In this document: positions 58,828 to 64,000 of the stretch, one piece after another
Layout: each line of letters starts with the position of its first letter
Position numbering within the stretch: the stretch's first letter is position 1
DNA from: Thalia democratica
Taxonomy: Eukaryota
NCBI GenBank assembly: GCA_965202585.1
Contig: OZ241829.1
Coordinates: 58,962,001 to 59,026,000 of the forward strand
Reading direction: 5' to 3'
DNA: 64,000 nucleotides
The notes under the pieces: model-generated
What the model was told of the DNA's origin: nothing
Database searches by the model: none
Seen by the model: only the letters and a program-made list of their open reading frames with translations
Program-made: the position numbers and the translations under genes

Positions 58828-61800
58828 TTATTCAGCTTGTAGTGACTGCTTTTCTTCATTAACACCATCTTCATTATTTTTCATCAAATTTTTTTTCTAT
58901 AAAATTTAAAACAAATAATAATTAATTTTTTAAACTTAAAAAAGCAAAACTATAAATTTAATAAACATGTTAAAAGAACAAATCTTTTTTTAATGTTCTT
59001 GACAAGCTTAAACAAATAAAAAAATTTAACTAATGAACGAAACAAGTTTAGGTTAAGTAAAAAAAAATTAAACTAGCAAGCAAAAAACAAACCATCTGTC
59101 TGTATTTTTTAATGAGCAGTTTCCTGCAGTCTTCTTCATCAAGATCATCATTTTCGAGCATGCAGCTTTCCATGTTTTCCTCGATGTAACTCACAAGACT
59201 CTGGCACCCATTTGTATTTTCTGAGCTGTATTTTAAAAAGAACTTTTAATTTGTTTTAAGTAATTGGAAAACAGACCCCATAATAATGAAACAACTACTT
59301 GCAAATTAGGAGCATTTATAATATTTTTAATACAAACAAAAAACTTTTATTTAATGAACTTCAAATAGGGACTAAATTAAAAAGCATTATTATTTACATC
59401 ATAAACAAATGTCAAATGTCTACTTATGTATTTGGTTTGAGTACACGACAATTCAATCATTGACAACATCATAACCTAATTATTTAGACCTATATAGCCT
59501 TTTTTTCAAATTCAAATTATTTTTTGAAATATGGCTAGAAAATTTTTAAAAATAACTAAATTTGGATGTTTTTAGTATCTATAAACTTTCTATGCTAAAA
59601 ACATCTTATTTTTTTTACCATTATAATATTATTAGTTAGACCTACATGAGCATTTTGTATTTAAAATAATTTAATTTATTTTTAGAAATAAGGCCCTTTA
59701 AAATTATTTATAAAAATTTTAATTGTCGTAGTTTGTATTGTCATGTATCAATATATATTTTTTTTTATTGCATAGTAACAAAATAAAACTAATGTTTACT
59801 GTCATGTAAATTAAAATTTTAAGTTTGGGTTGAAAAATACCCAACAGTTCTATTTTATTACCTATAATATTACTTTTAAAACCCTTATTTGTAATGAAAA
59901 TTATTTTGATATATTAATTTAAGTACTAATAAAGGTAGTAAACGAAAAAAACTTTATTTCTATTAGAGGCAGTATATAAATATTAAGGTTTGTTCAAATA
60001 AATCTAATAAAAGTTATTTAAGTGAAAACTTTTTCTATGTTTAGGATGGCTTTCCAAAACAAAGATCTCACTTTTTATTAGTTTCTTCAACTTTGTCTTT
60101 TTCAGATGATTTTTTGAACAATGACAAAGTAGACTGCATTTTACTTGTAGTGTTCTTTACAGTAGATGGTTGCTTTTTATTTTTATTGGTAACAAATGCA
60201 GTCATTGTGGATTTTTTCTTTTCCGAGCCTGCCCTTTTAAGTGAATCTAATGATCCATTGCTATTAGGCGTTGCTTCTACCACATTCTGAGAATATGAAG
60301 TAGAGCTTTGATTCTTTTTCTAAATAAAAAAATATATTGTTATTCTTTACTTTTTTGGTATTGTAAAAGATTTGTTTAAATATCTTTTTATGTTCTTAAA
60401 ACACAGTAAAGTATTTATAGTGTGTCTTTTATTAGTTTTAAATATAAACAGGTATAAAAAATACTTCATCAGAAAATCAAAAATTTTCAGTAATAATTAC
60501 TAGTACACAAAATTAAGTACTCAAATAAATAAAGTAAGTTAATTTAGGTAAACTATATATTTCAAAATTTCGATTAAGATGAAGTAGAGTACAACATAAA
60601 GTAATTGACACTTTAGTTTTCTTACCTTAAATGGGTTAATGCTTCTTCTTTTTTTATTTGGTACTTCATTTTCGTTTGTATTGGTTTCTTCATCATTTAT
60701 GCTGGTATTTACATCTTAAAAAACGATTAAAAAATTTTAAAACATTTTTTAAAATATAAACTAGTTAAAGGTGTTGTTTACAATATAGTCTTCTGACATT
60801 ATTTGTACTTTAAAAGAAAATTTATTTATTTTAAACTTGAACAACAAAACTTTTTTTTTGTTCTAAATCAAGTACAACCTTATTTATAAAAAGCTAGTAG
60901 AAAAGTTATTAAATTAAACGGATTATACATATTCAAGATTTTTTTTCTGAAGACTAATTAATACTAAAAATATTTAGGTCTACATGCTCACAATTTAAAT
61001 TCTCTTCAAAATATATTTATTATTATACAATCAACATTATAACAGATTCTTTTTTTTAATACTTAGTAAAGAGCAGCTAGACTTACCCATTGAAATGTTA
61101 GCACTTGTAGACTGTCGTTTTCTGTTTGAAAAGCTTTATTGAAAAAAAAACAGTAAATATATAACATAGTAAAAAAAAAACAATATTTAAAACCTAATCA
61201 TTTAAATTACAGCTGGTTTATGAAAGTTGTTAAGGATATTTTCTAAAGTTTTAAATTGTATATAAAAAAAAAGGATTTAAAACTAAAAATAAAACTACAA
61301 AAATAAACAAACCTTCCCATAGAAAAACGTTTAGATGATAATGAGCTCGTGACGACATCATTATCAGTTGATGACGTCATCAAACTTTCGAGTTCATCTT
61401 CTTCGGCTTTCTGCTCCATTTGTTTACGTTGCCTAGCCATCTAAACAATGAGATGTACGAACTTTAACGCAGGAAAAATATATAAGTTTATTATACCACA
61501 GATGTTTTTGTGTCAAAACTTTATTCCGACTAACGGCGTTTCACTGCTCTAAAATAAATTTAAGAACAAATCTACGGAGTCTATAAAATATTAACACACA
61601 TTAGAAAAAAAGCATGTATATTTATGTATAGTATTTATGTGAGTAGTAACTATAAACGAACTTTATGGTTTAAAAACAAAGTTTGAAAAAAACATCTGTA
61701 GTATATATTCCAATAAGCTTAGCTTATCAGGATCTCCAAGATTTAACGCCTTTTAACGTTACATCTTATAAGTTTATTGTACTTTTGAATAAAAACCTTC

Positions 61801-64000
61801 TAATTCTTACTCCCTCTATAATCAGTTTTAAGCAGTTTAATGAAACAAAAAAAAAATATAGGTAGTAAGAATTAGAAGGTTTTTATTCAAAATGAACGTT
61901 AAGTTGTAAACAAAATAAAAGTTTAACAAGGATTGTCTTTAAAGCAATAAAATTAATCACCTAACACTAACCTAAAATCAAATACGAGGTTTAGCTTATT
62001 TTCAAAGTCAACAAGATTTACAACATTAAAATGCAAAAAAATATAATTAGTATTTATGAGAAAAATTACTTTTAAGTAAATAAGAACAACTTGCAAAAAA
62101 CAGTTTTAGGTCCTTTCTTGGCTTAACTTTCCAGTTACAATACTTAACAACATATAATAGAAATAAATAGATTTTTCTAAGTTAATTATACCTTATTTTA
62201 TCAAAAATAAATATTTAAACACAAAACATATTTTTTTGCGGGTCAAGGAAACAACTTAACTCAAAAACTATTTTTCATTGTTACTTAAGACTTTTTCGAA
62301 TGTTCTCTGCTTGAACGATTCTTAAAAAATAATCTAACCTACTTACTTAACTGTATAAATTGAAATAAAAGTTTTTCTTGGAAACAATCACAAACAACAT
62401 TTCATGACAGACCTCAGTTATTTTCTCAGTCAGCGATCGCATGTCTTTGCTGCTGGCATACTTGATTGCGAGCTGCAGAGTGGAGATGTCTGGCATCATC
62501 TTGCAGACATCAAGCGCTTGCTGATGCTCGTTATTCTGACATGCGTACTAGAAATGTGTTAAAATATTTATTTATTAATTAAACATTTAAATTTAAAAAT
62601 AATTAATCTACGTTTTCATATTATTAAAAATTTGTATTTTCTATTGAATGAAATTTCTTACTGCAAACATCATCATAATTTTTCTCTTCATTTCAGTGTG
62701 AAGTTTGTTTATTTCCGACGCCTCAATCATGATGTCAGTGCTTGCATTTGCAAACTGATGAGCTGTGTACGCCAAATTTTTCCTCCAAAACTCTTCCTAA
62801 AAGTGTAATAAAAAATTAACAATTAAAAAAATACAACTGACCACTTTTTTTCTATTTGAACGAAATGTTTATACCTGAAATCTTCCCTTGTCCTGGTCCA
62901 GTTGTAGGAGGGGCAGTTTCATGGCTGATGACGTCATGACAGGTTTGGGTAAGGTTGGAGGAAAATTCGCTCCTTTGCACATGATGTAACGAAACTGCTC
63001 ACAACCCAACATGGAAACCATCCAGCAAAAATCGGCCGATGACTTGCACTGTGAATGTTTGGCTTTATTTCTTTAATTGAAATTTAGCACAATTTTTTTT
63101 TGTCATTAAAGCAGAAAGTTTCAGTTTAATTTTTTTATTTTAAATAATGTTAAAGTAATCTTTGGCTGTTGATAATAATTTTGAATAAGATTTAAAATTT
63201 GTAAATCCGCGGTAAAACAGTGTAATTGTGTTTTTAAAATAATATAATTTTAATTTTCAAGTAATTCTAAACAACTATCGTTTTACTATACATTATAGTC
63301 TACCTTAACTTCTAATGTTTGAGAATACTGTATTTGAAAACATTGATAAATATAAAATAATTTATTTCTTTTTTTTATGTTTCTTCTAAATTCCGTAAAA
63401 AGTTGATTATTATTCAAAATAAAAAGCAGTTATTTTTAATATAGTAAACTATGTACAACAATATAGGTAAACAATCATTTTAAAAAACTGCACATAGATT
63501 AAATCATTTGAAAGATTTTTGAAAAAAAACATAATACAACAAAAACTGTTTTGATCGAACTTTAATAAAATACTTAAATCACAGTTAAAAGTTTTACAAA
63601 GTATTGATCGTAACAGTTTATCAATTTCTAAAACCATTTCTATTTTTAGTCGTTGATACAGTTTTATATAAACTTTTAGAAGTTTAACAGTACTAAAACT
63701 AATAAACTACAACTTGATACAAGAAAAAACATAGTTATCTTGTGATTAATGTTTCAAACCATGTTCATCGTCATGCAAATTGTAGTCCAAATGAACGTTT
63801 TTGGGTCCAACATTCGAAGAAGACCATCGCTGTCCTGAGTGTATATTATATTCGACAACTTTGAGTCCATACCGCACCAAACCAAAGTGGATCGCGGCGA
63901 AATTGGAAGAGGTGAGCTGTGGCGTATAACTTCGTATTGTGATGTCATAACCGAATTTGATCTTATGTCCAATAGCATGTAGTTCAAACACTGATTTCCA
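58828..64000 (-). CDS. WDHD1: WD repeat and HMG-box DNA-binding protein 1 (And-1/Ctf4), 3' portion; 5' end lies beyond the window
   Basis: Minus-strand exons 64000-63760, 63048-62875, 62796-62662, 62547-62413, 61440-61313, 61121-61087, 60714-60626, 60319-60072, 59225-59093, 58896-58828, with consistent phases. The translation has SepB-domain motifs I recall from human WDHD1: GNQCL..LLD, PLP..RSTLVWCG, QDSDGLLRML, WTTIC, CKGANFPPTLPKP, KLPLLQLDQDKGRFQEEFWR, MMMFAYACQ, LQLAIKYASS, an NPFK motif and an HMG-like YIEENM segment. Confidence 0.88.
59439..59749. mobile_element. Diverged relative of the 626-945 MITE in a WDHD1 intron
   Basis: GAGTACACGACAATTCAA / TTGTATTGTCATGTATC inverted ends resemble the TRCACGACAATTCAAA TIR; no TSD seen. 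Confidence 0.45.

Noticed and set aside
63746-63991. 81-aa minus-strand ORF MFELHAIGHK..
   Set aside because: Off-frame overlap of the WDHD1 exon; the real frame is that of ORF 63754-63987.

Overview
This is eukaryotic, intron-containing, very AT-rich DNA (roughly 20-25% GC outside exons, by eye), most likely from an invertebrate animal; the taxon cannot be fixed from the sequence. Three protein genes could be reconstructed by hand from GT-AG splice sites. (1) A 23-exon, ~3,943-aa secreted mosaic protein on + (19746-47450): signal peptide, 4 EGF-like domains, a Pro/Thr linker, 1 CCP/sushi domain, 59 tandem compact thrombospondin type-1 (TSR) repeats in one 8.2-kb exon, then 14 more CCP domains, with no transmembrane segment. 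(2) A short-prodomain, effector-type caspase on + (51668-53662, 8 exons). (3) The 3' part of WDHD1/And-1/Ctf4 on - (64000-58828, 10 exons, running off the window). The first ~19.7 kb has no clear protein gene. It holds MITEs, a Penelope-like retroelement remnant, a foldback element and a diverged ~1.5-kb duplication whose two copies share a 126-bp perfectly identical, hairpin-forming core, a candidate structured ncRNA. The strongest leads are the giant EGF-CCP-TSR59-CCP14 protein, with its still-expanding single-exon array and decaying pseudo-exon, and the duplicated conserved hairpin locus.
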